Source: an uncultured cyanobacterium
Lineage (GTDB): Bacteria; Cyanobacteriota; Cyanobacteriia; Cyanobacteriales; CAWCAG01
NCBI GenBank assembly: GCA_963793425.1
Contig: CAWCAG010000005.1
Coordinates: forward strand, 416,001-480,000
DNA length: 64,000 nucleotides
Reading direction: 5' to 3'
Position 1 is the first letter of the stretch. Each line of letters opens with the position of its first letter. The notes below the pieces were generated by a model. The model searched no databases. It saw only the letters and a program-made list of their open reading frames with translations, and was not told the DNA's origin. Shown piece after piece: positions 21,776 through 32,007 of this stretch. The translations under genes and the position numbers were made by a program.

Positions 21776-22552
21776 CTATAGGGTTAGAGGAACTTCGGCT
21801 TTTTTACCCCGTAGCAAGTCTGTAATTTCGTCTGTGTATTGATGAAACTGCTTGAGACGCTTGGTTTGATAGTCGCGTTTTTGAGGTAAATCAATAGCCA
21901 CCTCTGTTTGGATTTTACCAGGGCTAGGGGTGAGGACATAGACTCGTTGGGAGAGAAATACGGCTTCTGCTACATCGTGGGTAATCATTAAAATCGTCGT
22001 ACCAGTACGCTGCCAAATATCCAATAGGAATAGTTGCATATTCTCTTTTGTTTGTATATCCAAAGCCCCAAAAGGTTCATCCAGCAAAAGAATTTTGGGC
22101 TGGCAGGCTAAAGCACGGGCGATCGCAACTCTTTGTTTCATGCCCCCGGATAGTTGTTTGGGATAAGCTTTAGCAAATTGGCATAAGCCGACGATATCTA
22201 GGTAATGGGCAGCAAGTTCTTTCCTTGCTTTTTTCGCCATTCCCTGAAGTTTGAGGCCAAATTCTACATTACCAGCTACTGACAGCCAAGGATAAAGGGT
22301 ATATTTCTGGAATACCATACCACGGTCTGAACCTGGCCCTGTTACTTGAACTTCATCAACCATAATCTTTCCGGCTGTAGGCATTTCTAAGCCGGCAACT
22401 AGCCTTAATAAAGTTGATTTTCCTGATCCTGAAGCCCCAACAACACAGATAAATTCTCCTGTTTCTACGTGCAGGTTAATATCTTGCAGGGCTAAAAAAG
22501 AGCCTTTACCCGTAAGAAATTTTTTCTCTAAATGACAAATTTCTAAGTGCAT
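21776..22552 (-). CDS. ABC transporter ATP-binding subunit (NitT/TauT class)
   Basis: GASGSGKS, LSGGMKQR, LLLDEPFGALD, ITHD. Confidence 0.93.
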   Translation of the reverse strand: MHLEICHLEKKFLTGKGSFLALQDINLHVETGEFICVVGASGSGKSTLLRLVAGLEMPTAGKIMVDEVQVTGPGSDRGMVFQKYTLYPWLSVAGNVEFGLKLQGMAKKARKELAAHYLDIVGLCQFAKAYPKQLSGGMKQRVAIARALACQPKILLLDEPFGALDIQTKENMQLFLLDIWQRTGTTILMITHDVAEAVFLSQRVYVLTPSPGKIQTEVAIDLPQKRDYQTKRLKQFHQYTDEITDLLRGKKAEVPLTL

Positions 22553-22601
22553 AATGTTTTTTGCTAATGGCATTTATAGCAGTTCTTTACTTGTATTATT
22601 A

Positions 22602-23399
22602 TTAATCAAATGCCCATTTACAACTGATTCTTAATAACCAACGGAAGGATAAATCGATGGCGAAACCAATTAAACCAAGGACAATTAAACAAGCAAATAT
22701 TTCGTCGGTTTTAAGGAACTTTTGAGCTAACAAAATGCGTTTACCTAAACCATCTTCGGCAGCAATTAATTCAGCAACTACTACTAAGTTCCAAGAAGCA
22801 GCCATATTAATACGTAAAGCATCAATAATATTAGGTACGATGTAAGGAGTTATGACTTGGAATAAGATTTGGTGGCGCAGTCCCCCCAAAGTATAGGTCG
22901 TTTCAATTAAGTCCTTGGGAACAAATTTTACTGCATCCATAATCATCAGAATATTAAAAAAGACTGTTCCAATAAAAATTAGGGCGATTTTCGACTCTTC
23001 ATTAATATCCAAATAAATAATTAACAGAGGTACAAAAGCAGGTGCAGGCATATAACGAACAATGCCAATTATCGGCTCTAATAAAGCACGAATACTAGGA
23101 AATGTCCCCATAGCAATACCCACAGGTATTGCCACAATGACGATAAAGAAAAAGCCAATTCCTACCCGAAAAACGCTAGCCAAAGTATCTTTAATTAAGA
23201 AACCTTTCTCCCAAAGCCGAACAAAAGCGGCTCCCACATCTTGGGGGCTAGGAAGAAAAACTCCTTGTATTCCCCCGTAATTGGAAATTAACCACCAAGT
23301 ACAAAAAGGAATAATGACAGAAAGGGAAAGCAAAAACAGATTCAATGAACGGGGAATGTCTTCGGTGATACGCCAAAATACAGATTTACCATTAAACAT
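22602..23399 (-). CDS. ABC transporter permease (NitT/TauT class)
   Basis: FLPSP, RYMPAPAF, VVAELIAA..GLG; multiple TM helices. Confidence 0.92.
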   Translation of the reverse strand: MFNGKSVFWRITEDIPRSLNLFLLSLSVIIPFCTWWLISNYGGIQGVFLPSPQDVGAAFVRLWEKGFLIKDTLASVFRVGIGFFFIVIVAIPVGIAMGTFPSIRALLEPIIGIVRYMPAPAFVPLLIIYLDINEESKIALIFIGTVFFNILMIMDAVKFVPKDLIETTYTLGGLRHQILFQVITPYIVPNIIDALRINMAASWNLVVVAELIAAEDGLGKRILLAQKFLKTDEIFACLIVLGLIGFAIDLSFRWLLRISCKWAFD

Positions 23400-23473
23400 T
23401 GAACATTAATCATTAAACATTTATCTTCTATTCTTTAAGTAATAGGTAACAAATTAAACCTATTACCTATTAC

Positions 23474-24514
23474 CTATGATTCTGTATAAGCTTTAACAAA
23501 TTGGTCATCTAAAATCTTTTCTAAATCAGGTGCTTCTTCAATAAAACCAACATCCACCATAAAATCAGCCATTTTCTTGGCTGCGTAGGGCATATTCTTC
23601 ATAGAATCCCCAGGACTAAATGCTTCTAGGTTATCTTCTAGGGTAAACATTTTTGTTCCTTCTTTGAACTGTTGAAGTTCTTCAACGCTAACATCTGCAC
23701 GATTAGCCATGATTTCGTCAGCTTTTTCCGGGTTTTTTTCCATAAAGTCGAGGATATCAAACCAAGTATTAACTAAAGCTTGAACTTGCTCTGGTTGTTC
23801 ATCTATTAATTTTTGGGTAACTACTAATAAATCAGGTATTGCCCCAGGAAACTCTTTAGAACTAATTAACTCTTTGCTCCCTTCTCGTTTCAACGCCGTA
23901 AGCCAAAAAGGTGGGAATGCTCCCACCGCATCAGTTTTACCCGCCGCAAAAGCTGCTGCGGCTGCCCCTGTTTCGAGGTTAACTATTTTGACATCATCCC
24001 TCGACATTCCTGCTTCTTCTAAAGCGAGGGTGAGGAGGAAATCATCTACAAGTCCTTCTTCAACAGCAACTTCTTTCCCTTTTAAGTCTTCGATGGTGTT
24101 GATGTCTTCTGTGACAATAATTTTGTCATTACCCGCTGAATTATCATTCACCAATACTGCCACCTCACCGTCTATGGCTTCTCCAGCAAAGGAAATGGTA
24201 TCGTTTAGGGTTTGACAGTTACCATCAATTTGTCCAGCCGCCAAAGCGTTCATAGATTCTAAATAGCCATCAAACCACTTCATCTCAACATTGGCATTAT
24301 TTTTCTCAAATAACCCTTCTTCCTCTGCGATCGCCCAAGGCCACCAACCAGCCCAGTTACTATAACCGATAACAATGGGAGCAGAAGAAGATGGGCTAGT
24401 AGTGCTTGTATCTGTATCAGTTGGGTTGCTTTCGGGAGAGCGAGAGCAACTAACCGCCACCACTAAACTCAAGCAAAAAACTGCACAGAGGGAAAGAAAT
24501 TTTCGCTTTGTCAT
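23474..24514 (-). CDS. ABC transporter substrate-binding lipoprotein (SsuA/NMT1 fold, guanidine-importer-like)
   Basis: Lipobox AVSC; GYSNWAGWWPW, NDNSAGNDKII and FPGAIPDLL motifs resembling guanidine-operon binding proteins. Confidence 0.85.
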   Translation of the reverse strand: MTKRKFLSLCAVFCLSLVVAVSCSRSPESNPTDTDTSTTSPSSSAPIVIGYSNWAGWWPWAIAEEEGLFEKNNANVEMKWFDGYLESMNALAAGQIDGNCQTLNDTISFAGEAIDGEVAVLVNDNSAGNDKIIVTEDINTIEDLKGKEVAVEEGLVDDFLLTLALEEAGMSRDDVKIVNLETGAAAAAFAAGKTDAVGAFPPFWLTALKREGSKELISSKEFPGAIPDLLVVTQKLIDEQPEQVQALVNTWFDILDFMEKNPEKADEIMANRADVSVEELQQFKEGTKMFTLEDNLEAFSPGDSMKNMPYAAKKMADFMVDVGFIEEAPDLEKILDDQFVKAYTES

Positions 24515-24531
24515 TACTTAATAAATAGTCC

Positions 24532-25305
24532 TTACAAGTTAGAAAAAATATTTGCTGTGGCTAACAATTCTCCTGTGTCTAACCAATCTGTTGCTGAAAA
24601 TAACCCAGTGAACCACAAACTCATCATAGTTGCAGTACGAGTTGTTGTGGTTTCGAGCCAGTCGAACCAAGCTTCTAAGCCAATACCTGTTTTAGCAGAA
24701 ATGGGAAGAATGGTAACATCAGGATTGATTTTGCGAATGTTAGCAGCCATTTGAGCAATATCTACATCTAAGTACGGAGCCAAATCTATTTTTGTTAGTA
24801 GTAAACAATCTGCTGCTTGGAACATAGCTGGATATTTAAGGGGCTGGTCTTCTCCTTCTGTGATGCTTAAAAGAGCAACCTTAGCGTGTTCTCCTATTGC
24901 TAATTCTGCTGGACAAACCAAATTACCAATATTTTCTACTAAGACTAACTCTAAGTTAGAAGGGTCATGGTTTTGCAATAAGGTTTTAATTCCACCAGCA
25001 ACCATTTTGGAGTCTAAACGGCAGTAGGGCTTGGTTTGAATGGCAATAACCGGAACATCATATTGACGCAATTTTTGGGCATCTAATTCTGTATTAATAT
25101 CTCCTTCAATAATCGCTATTTGCAGCTCCTTACTTAATGCCGCTAGGGTACTTTCTAACAGCGCCGTTTTGCCAGCTCCTGGAGCGCTTATCATGTTGAC
25201 GCAGCTAATTCCCCACTCATCAAAATGAGCGCGATTACGCTCTGCTTCTGCTTGGTTGAGATGAAGTAGATGGGTTTCCCAAGCTGCGTCTAAAGTTTGG
25301 TGCAT
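24532..25305 (-). CDS. hypB: HypB/GhaB-like nickel-insertion GTPase, divergent
   Basis: [32 protein letters not shown]. The N-terminus MHQTLDAA...[10 protein letters not shown] is of the guanidine-hydrolase accessory type. Start moved to ATG 25305. Confidence 0.85.
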   Translation of the reverse strand: MHQTLDAAWETHLLHLNQAEAERNRAHFDEWGISCVNMISAPGAGKTALLESTLAALSKELQIAIIEGDINTELDAQKLRQYDVPVIAIQTKPYCRLDSKMVAGGIKTLLQNHDPSNLELVLVENIGNLVCPAELAIGEHAKVALLSITEGEDQPLKYPAMFQAADCLLLTKIDLAPYLDVDIAQMAANIRKINPDVTILPISAKTGIGLEAWFDWLETTTTRTATMMSLWFTGLFSATDWLDTGELLATANIFSNL

Positions 25306-25472
25306 TTTGACAAAGATTCTCCCGCTTGATATGACGAATTGAAGCTGGTAGATGACCTGACGCTTTGATAACAAAAATCCTTTTAATATCCCCATTAAGA
25401 AAATGGGTATTTTGAGATAGTAACCTGGAATTTAAAATCTGGAGCTAAGTGTTAAGTAAAGTTACTAATTTT

Positions 25473-27035
25473 TTATTCATTTACTCTCACTAGACGAATC
25501 TCTGTACGTTGTTGTTGAGGAGATTCCGGAGGAAGATTAGGGACTGGAGAGTCAAAACCTTTTCCTTCTGCTACTAAGTTGTGGCTTAATCCCTTATTTT
25601 TTAAATATTGCACTACAACATCAGCCCTAGCTTTACTCAACTTTTGATTAACATCACTAGGGCCTGTTTTGGAAGTATGACCAATAATTCTTACTGCAAC
25701 GGTTTGGGTATTAAATTCTTTGATTTCTGAGCTTAATTTATCTAACGTTTGCTGCCCTTCAGGGGTTAATTGAGCCGAACCTGTGGTAAAGTTAACTTCA
25801 CCCCTAACTTTTAAGTTACCAATATCTGGGGCTTGGGAAATTTCTTCTGGCTGCAATTGTTTGGTATTTTCAGCAATAGTGTTACCTTTACCAAGTAATT
25901 TATTAGCTAGTTCAGGATTATCAGCTTTAACTAAATTAACTAAAGATTCGCTATTGTCGGCTGCTTTTTTAATTAACTCAGCAGTAAATAGCTGTTCGGG
26001 ATTTTGGGGAACATTGTTAATTCTTCCTGCTAATGCCAATGTTGCTGCGGTAGAGGTGATTCTTTGAGCAAGGTTGCCCTGATTCATCCAATCCCTAGCT
26101 TCTAATGAGGTGAAAAAATCTATCCCCTCCAAAACAGATTTAGCTTCATTAGTCGGCAAATCACCATCTTTGGCAATTTGGGCTTGTAATTGAGAAGGTT
26201 GACTGACATTACTGTCAATACGGCGATAATAAGCTGCTAATAGTTCAGAAATTTTTTCTGGTTGAGATTCAATAACACGATTACTGGCCGCAATCACGTC
26301 CACAATGGCGTTAGGGGCATCTTCGCTTGATAAGACCACAGTATAGCCTTTTTGCCGAGCTTGGGTAACATAGGGTTCCCAAATAACTGCTACTGCTACA
26401 TCTTTGCTTGGATCTTGCAATAATTCCCAAGCTTCTGAGGCATCAGCAACTTTAATAATTTCAAAGTCAGCGAGGTTAAAAGCTTCAAATTTAGTACTTA
26501 AAACCAAAGCTAAATACTCACTGGGGGTATCTCCTGCATAGGCAATACTCAAGGTTTTGTTTTGACTTCTGGCTTGGGCTTGAAGTTTACTAAGATCCAG
26601 AAGAGATTTGAGGTTAGGATATTTAGGAGTATTTAGGACTACTGCATCTGCCCCAATGGTACGATCAATCAGACCAACAATTTTGGCTTCGGGTTGATGT
26701 TGAAGATATTGATCTAAGGTTGTTACCAATAAATCTGCTTGACCTTTATTAAGCATCTCGGCACGTAAGGATTGGTCAAATTCATTTTGGTAATCAAGAC
26801 TTAACCCAGTTTCTTGTAGTGCCGCTTGGAAGTCTGCGCTACGAAAAGTACTATAGCCGCTAAAAGTGTCTCCCAAGATGGTAAATTTCCCTTCAGCAGG
26901 ATTATTATCAGCTACGTTGCCAATAGATATTCCACCTGGCTTGAATTGGGTGAGAAAAAAATAACCACCGCCAAGAAAACCGGCGGTAATTAACAATGCC
27001 AGAATTAATACAATGGGATTGTCTTGCTTGTTCAT
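25473..27035 (-). CDS. Membrane-anchored substrate-binding domain fused to an OmpA C-like domain
   Basis: N-terminal TM helix, SsuA/NMT1-like domain (GDTFSGY, GADAVV, WEPYV), C-terminal FTTGSAQL...IGHTS...NQKLSKARA...QRTEI. Confidence 0.8.
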   Translation of the reverse strand: MNKQDNPIVLILALLITAGFLGGGYFFLTQFKPGGISIGNVADNNPAEGKFTILGDTFSGYSTFRSADFQAALQETGLSLDYQNEFDQSLRAEMLNKGQADLLVTTLDQYLQHQPEAKIVGLIDRTIGADAVVLNTPKYPNLKSLLDLSKLQAQARSQNKTLSIAYAGDTPSEYLALVLSTKFEAFNLADFEIIKVADASEAWELLQDPSKDVAVAVIWEPYVTQARQKGYTVVLSSEDAPNAIVDVIAASNRVIESQPEKISELLAAYYRRIDSNVSQPSQLQAQIAKDGDLPTNEAKSVLEGIDFFTSLEARDWMNQGNLAQRITSTAATLALAGRINNVPQNPEQLFTAELIKKAADNSESLVNLVKADNPELANKLLGKGNTIAENTKQLQPEEISQAPDIGNLKVRGEVNFTTGSAQLTPEGQQTLDKLSSEIKEFNTQTVAVRIIGHTSKTGPSDVNQKLSKARADVVVQYLKNKGLSHNLVAEGKGFDSPVPNLPPESPQQQRTEIRLVRVNE

Positions 27036-27068
27036 TATGAGAAGGTAGCAGGGAGTAAGGAAGGGAAT

Positions 27069-27737
27069 TTAGGGGTCATAGGAATTACCCATTCTATCGA
27101 CAAAAACATTATGGGATAAAGGTAAACGGCCAGGATTTAAACGGGATTGAGCAGCATAACCTACAGGTACAAGCAAAGCGATCGCAATATCTGGCTCATC
27201 TGCTACTCCAATTACTTCTTTAACTTTATCTTCTAACCAGCCATTCATCGGACAGGTTGATAAACCTAAGCTTTGAGCAGCTAACATTAAATGAGTAGCG
27301 GCGATCATAGCATCCTTGATGGCGTACTCTCGTCTTTTCTCTCCTAGTTTTTCCTGGAACTGAGGAATCGCTTTCTGAAAATATTCTACTGTTTGAGTTG
27401 TCCAAGCACCTTTTTCCAGGGCAATGTCGTAAATTTTAGGTAAATCTGTTCGCCAAGCTTTTGTATCGGCAGCAAAAACGAAAGTTACCGGGGCTTGAAT
27501 AATTTGTTCTTGTCCCCAAGCAGCCTCTGCAAGTGCCTGACGCTGGCTTTGGTCTTGAACCAAAATTATACGCCAGTCCTGCAAATTATAACTACTGGGG
27601 GCAGCTACGGTTAACTCCACAATTTTTTTGATTAGGGCAGAATCAAGGGGATCAGATTTGAAACTTTTAATCGCACGACGTTGAGTGATCGCGGTTGGTA
27701 CATCTAACGGAGTTTGAGAGGTCAGATCATTTATCAT
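27069..27737 (-). CDS. Nitroreductase family flavoprotein
   Basis: QRRAIKSF, APSSYNLQDW, GLSTCPMNG. Confidence 0.92.
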   Translation of the reverse strand: MINDLTSQTPLDVPTAITQRRAIKSFKSDPLDSALIKKIVELTVAAPSSYNLQDWRIILVQDQSQRQALAEAAWGQEQIIQAPVTFVFAADTKAWRTDLPKIYDIALEKGAWTTQTVEYFQKAIPQFQEKLGEKRREYAIKDAMIAATHLMLAAQSLGLSTCPMNGWLEDKVKEVIGVADEPDIAIALLVPVGYAAQSRLNPGRLPLSHNVFVDRMGNSYDP

Positions 27738-27848
27738 TTATTATTTGTCATTAAACATTTGTCGCTCATGATAACGTTTCTTCTCTATTTCTTCCCGGTT
27801 TTTTGCTAAATTAACCATTAACTATTGGTGACAAGTTAAACTACTGCC

Positions 27849-27863
27849 TGTAGCCTACGGCAA
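27849..27863 (+). repeat. Small dispersed repeat, type B copy 1
   Basis: TGTAGCCTACGGCAA, identical to 58115-58129. Confidence 0.6.
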
Positions 27864-27939
27864 GGAAGTGCGCCAACCCTTCTCCCTTCTCCCTACCCTC
27901 ACCGATAACTTATGCTATTTAAACAGGATTTGGTATGAG

Positions 27940-30900
27940 ATGGAAGCGGACTTGACAACACAAGAAGTTGAGGAACTCCAAGCTAAACTCAAGCAGATGC
28001 AAGAAACCCTGGCTGCTATCAATCAAGGGGTGGTTTGGGTTGGCAATGATGGTGGGATACAGTGGTGTAACAATAGCTTTTTGGGGTTGGTCAATAGCTT
28101 GCAGGAAAGTTTAAAGGATGTTAGCTTACCTGAAGTATTTCCCTTAAGTCAAAATGGGCAGATTCTTCCTCTAGATGTATATCCTCATGTATTACTCTGG
28201 CAACAGCAATACGAAACGACCATTTATCAGTTGCAACAGGGGAAAAATATTGTAAATGTAGAAATATCGGGTCTTTGCAGCTATAACCATCAAGGTGAGA
28301 AGATAGCTATCTTAACTATTTCAGAACAGCCTCTCGCTGCCCATGAAGCTGAGCAACGGCTACACCAACAAAGTCAAGTTCTCACGAATTTGGCCCAACA
28401 CCAAGCCTTAGCAGAAGGTAACTTAGAGTTGGTTCTACAAGCAATTACAGAAGCAGCAGCAGAATCTTTAGCTGTAGAAAGAGTGGGAGTATGGCTTTAT
28501 AATAGTGACTGCTCGAAATTAGAATGTGTTGACCTCTACGAAGCTCGGAAAAAGCAGCACTCCGCAGGTTTGGAGCTTACAGCAACAGAACATCCTAGTT
28601 ATTTTAAACAACTAGCAACTGCCCGTACTATTGCAGCCCACAATTCTCATCGTGATCCTCGTTTAAAAGAGTTTTTGCATTCTTACTTCATCCCTTACAA
28701 CATTGCTTCAAACTTAGATGCAGCAATTCGCTTAGGGGGAAAAGTGGTGGGAGTTCTGGGCATTGAACACAAAGGTGTATCCCGTCGCTGGACATTATCA
28801 GACCAGAACTTTGCTGCTTCTATTGCTGATTTTGTTACTTTAGCCCTAGAAGCTAATCAACGAGCCTCCACCCAAGCCATTTTACATCGTAACAATGCTT
28901 TACTCAAAGCCCAACAAGAAGCTGCACCCGATGGTATTTTGATTGTTAATGAACATCGGCAAGTTGTTTATTACAATCAGCGTTTTTGTCAGCAATGGTC
29001 TATTTCTGAGCAAGTAATGGCAACGGCAGACTCGTTGCAACTAATTAATTATGTGACAACCCAGTTGTTGCAACCGGAGAAATTTGTCGCTAAAGTTAAC
29101 TATTTATATGATCATCCCCAAGAAGTTAGTCGAGATGAAATCATTTTAAAAAATGGGCGAGTTTTAGACCGCTATTCTTCTCCTATTCAAGCTAGCAGTG
29201 GAGAATATTATGGCAGAATTTGGTATTTCCATGATATCAGCGATCGCAAACAAAGGGAAGATTCTCTGCGCTTAATTGTGGAAGGAACTTCAGCTAAAAT
29301 TGGTAATGAATTTTTCTGTTCCTGTGTCCGTTCTTTAGCAGAGCTATTGCAAGTTCCCTATGCTTTCATTTCTGAATTTGCTGATCATACCAAGCAAAAA
29401 GCTCGTACCCTAGCCTTTTGGCAAAAAGGGAGCTTGGGAGAAAATTTTGAGTACGATCTGGCACATACTCCCTGTGCAGAAGTTATAGAAGGTATGAAGT
29501 CTATTTATCCCCACTCAGTGCAATCTCTTTTCCCTGGGGATGCTTATTTGGTGAAGTGTGAGGCTGAAAGTTATATCGGTTTACCCATTGTTAACACCGC
29601 CGGAACTATTTTAGGGCTTTTAACCGTAGTAGATACCAAACCCTTAGAAGAAAAGAATTTGGAGGTACAGAACTTAATTTTAGAAATCTTTGCAGCCCGT
29701 GCTGGGGCTGAGTTAGAACGGGAGTATGCCGAAAAAGTTTTAGCTAGGCAACTGCAACGGGTTCTTTTAACGGAGCAAATCACCCAAGATATTCGCCGCA
29801 GTTTAGACTTACAGACTATCCTACAAACCACTGTAAATCAAGTTGGCCCTGTTTTTGGTGTAGATCGCTGTCAAATTTTCACCTACCAAACTACTCCAGA
29901 AGCTAAAACTCGTGTGGTTGCGGAATATCTCCTTCCCGAATTTGCTTCGATGTCGAATATGGAACTACCCTTAGAAGATGCTGCTTGTGTTGCCCACTGC
30001 CTTGCCCAAGAAAAAGCCATAGCTTACTCCAATGTCTTTGCTGTGCCGATTTTAAAACGTTCTGTTTGCATTTACGAGCAGTTTGAAGTTAAATCTCTCA
30101 TTGCTGTACGTACCTCCTATCAAGGAAAAGCCAACGGTGCAATTATTCTGCAACAGTGCGATCGCTTCCGACAATGGACTCCAGAAGAAATTGAATTAAT
30201 TGAAGCAGTTGCGGCTCAATTAGGCATTGCTATTGCCCAAGCTAAGCTGTTGCAACAGGAAGCAGATGCTAAACGCAGCGCTGAAGTGGCGAATCAAGCT
30301 AAAAGCGAATTTTTGGCTAATATGAGTCATGAATTGCGGACTCCTCTCAATGCTGTTTTAGGTTTCACTCAGTTAATGAAACAGGATGATAACTTAACCA
30401 AGAAACAGAAAAATTCCCTTAGCATCATTAACCGTAGTGGCACTCACCTCCTAGATTTAATCAACGATGTGTTAGAAATGTCCAAAATTGAAGCGGGACA
30501 TACAACCCTTGATGCTACAACTTTTGATTTACATCAGCTTTTGCAAACTCTACAAGAAATGTTTCAAATTGAAGCCGATCAAAAAAGGCTTTCTCTGGCA
30601 TTCAATCTTGCCCCTGAACTTCCTAAATACCTATTTAGCGACGAGAAAAAGCTACGCCAAGTACTAATTAATCTTCTCAGCAATGCTGTTAAGTTTACCT
30701 CCACCGGAGGCATTACTTTAACAGCAAAACCAAACCCCAAACTCTTAGAAAATACTTGTTCTATCTACTTTGAAATAACTGATACTGGTAAAGGTATAAC
30801 CACCAAAGAACAAGCAAAAATCTTTCAACCATTCGTACAAACCATTAGCGGCATCCACGCCCAAGGTGGTACAGGGTTAGGACTCGCCATCAGTCGCCGC

Positions 30901-31254
30901 TTTGTCCAATTAATGGGGGGAGACATTAACTTAAAAAGCAGCATCAACCAAGGTTCTACTTTCAGCTTCAACATCAAAAGCAAACCCATCTCCCAGTCAC
31001 CTCATCTCCTCCCCCCATCTCCCCATCCCCCCATCCCCCAGTCACCTCATTTCTCTCTCTCCTTCATGTCCCTCAAATGGCTCAAAAAACTACAGCAAGC
31101 TGCAATTGAAGTAGATGCTGAGGTAATTCAAAAACTCCTCACAGAAATCCCAGCAAGTTATCAAGCAACGAGAATTAAGCTATTTGAATTAACTTCTAGT
31201 TATTGTTTTGATGAAATAATAGAATTAACTGAAGTTGCGATCGCCAATTGCTAA
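27940..31254 (+). CDS. Multi-sensor PAS/GAF histidine kinase
   Basis: [25 protein letters not shown], HATPase. Start moved to ATG 27940. Confidence 0.9.
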   Translation: MEADLTTQEVEELQAKLKQMQETLAAINQGVVWVGNDGGIQWCNNSFLGLVNSLQESLKDVSLPEVFPLSQNGQILPLDVYPHVLLWQQQYETTIYQLQQGKNIVNVEISGLCSYNHQGEKIAILTISEQPLAAHEAEQRLHQQSQVLTNLAQHQALAEGNLELVLQAITEAAAESLAVERVGVWLYNSDCSKLECVDLYEARKKQHSAGLELTATEHPSYFKQLATARTIAAHNSHRDPRLKEFLHSYFIPYNIASNLDAAIRLGGKVVGVLGIEHKGVSRRWTLSDQNFAASIADFVTLALEANQRASTQAILHRNNALLKAQQEAAPDGILIVNEHRQVVYYNQRFCQQWSISEQVMATADSLQLINYVTTQLLQPEKFVAKVNYLYDHPQEVSRDEIILKNGRVLDRYSSPIQASSGEYYGRIWYFHDISDRKQREDSLRLIVEGTSAKIGNEFFCSCVRSLAELLQVPYAFISEFADHTKQKARTLAFWQKGSLGENFEYDLAHTPCAEVIEGMKSIYPHSVQSLFPGDAYLVKCEAESYIGLPIVNTAGTILGLLTVVDTKPLEEKNLEVQNLILEIFAARAGAELEREYAEKVLARQLQRVLLTEQITQDIRRSLDLQTILQTTVNQVGPVFGVDRCQIFTYQTTPEAKTRVVAEYLLPEFASMSNMELPLEDAACVAHCLAQEKAIAYSNVFAVPILKRSVCIYEQFEVKSLIAVRTSYQGKANGAIILQQCDRFRQWTPEEIELIEAVAAQLGIAIAQAKLLQQEADAKRSAEVANQAKSEFLANMSHELRTPLNAVLGFTQLMKQDDNLTKKQKNSLSIINRSGTHLLDLINDVLEMSKIEAGHTTLDATTFDLHQLLQTLQEMFQIEADQKRLSLAFNLAPELPKYLFSDEKKLRQVLINLLSNAVKFTSTGGITLTAKPNPKLLENTCSIYFEITDTGKGITTKEQAKIFQPFVQTISGIHAQGGTGLGLAISRRFVQLMGGDINLKSSINQGSTFSFNIKSKPISQSPHLLPPSPHPPIPQSPHFSLSFMSLKWLKKLQQAAIEVDAEVIQKLLTEIPASYQATRIKLFELTSSYCFDEIIELTEVAIANC

Positions 31255-31285
31255 TTGTTAAACATTTCTTTATTCATTTTCTAAA

Positions 31286-31948
31286 ATGCTCGAACACCAA
31301 ATCAGAGATATAGTAACTTCCGAAATTGAAAATCCTACTTTTGGTGTTACTGAACAATATTTGCAGATACATGAGGTTGTGGAAGAAAATGGGTTAATTA
31401 AAATTGAGCGAATTGATTTAGAAGGAAAAGATAATTTGGCGATCGCTTATGTTCCTGTTGTCAATGAATTTTTTCACTTCGCAGTTTGTGTCGATTTGCA
31501 AGAAAAACGATTTGTAGGAATTCATACAGAACCCTGTAATAGAGTTTATTTACGCGCTATTTCTGATAGTTTATCCCTAGAAAAACTAAAAAGTTTAACG
31601 AAGTTAAGTCCAACTAAATCTTGGAATAAAGGAGACTTCAGAAACGAAGATCGTTCACCCTATAAATATAAATTTAGTTCCTTTAAACTACTACCTAATC
31701 CTGAACCAGACTCATTTGAAGACAAACTAAAGAAACTCCTTGATTTACTAGAAACTGATCAGCAAGGAGTTACGAATCTTATTGAGAAAGCAGAGGCAAA
31801 TGTTACTGTAGCAATGAACTTTCACAATGGCAATGGAATGCTTGGAGGAATGTCTATTAATCCTGAAAGTATTAAACGAATGGGTAAGCTCAATTTATCA
31901 ATCGATTTTGACCTCTATGCAGATGGAAATAAGTTTTTGCAAGATTAG
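31286..31948 (+). CDS. DUF4279-like protein
   Basis: LTKLSPTKSWNKGD...FEDKLKKLLDLLE...LNLSIDFDLY C-terminal pattern. Confidence 0.65.
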   Translation: MLEHQIRDIVTSEIENPTFGVTEQYLQIHEVVEENGLIKIERIDLEGKDNLAIAYVPVVNEFFHFAVCVDLQEKRFVGIHTEPCNRVYLRAISDSLSLEKLKSLTKLSPTKSWNKGDFRNEDRSPYKYKFSSFKLLPNPEPDSFEDKLKKLLDLLETDQQGVTNLIEKAEANVTVAMNFHNGNGMLGGMSINPESIKRMGKLNLSIDFDLYADGNKFLQD

Positions 31949-32007
31949 AGTTATCTAACTACTTTTTTTCTTTAAGATAGTAAATACTAACTGGTAGCTA
32001 ATAATTA

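Noticed and set aside
24532..25305. hypB as evidence of a hydrogenase cluster
   Set aside because: No hox, hup or other hyp genes; the N-terminus and neighbours match the guanidine-operon type.
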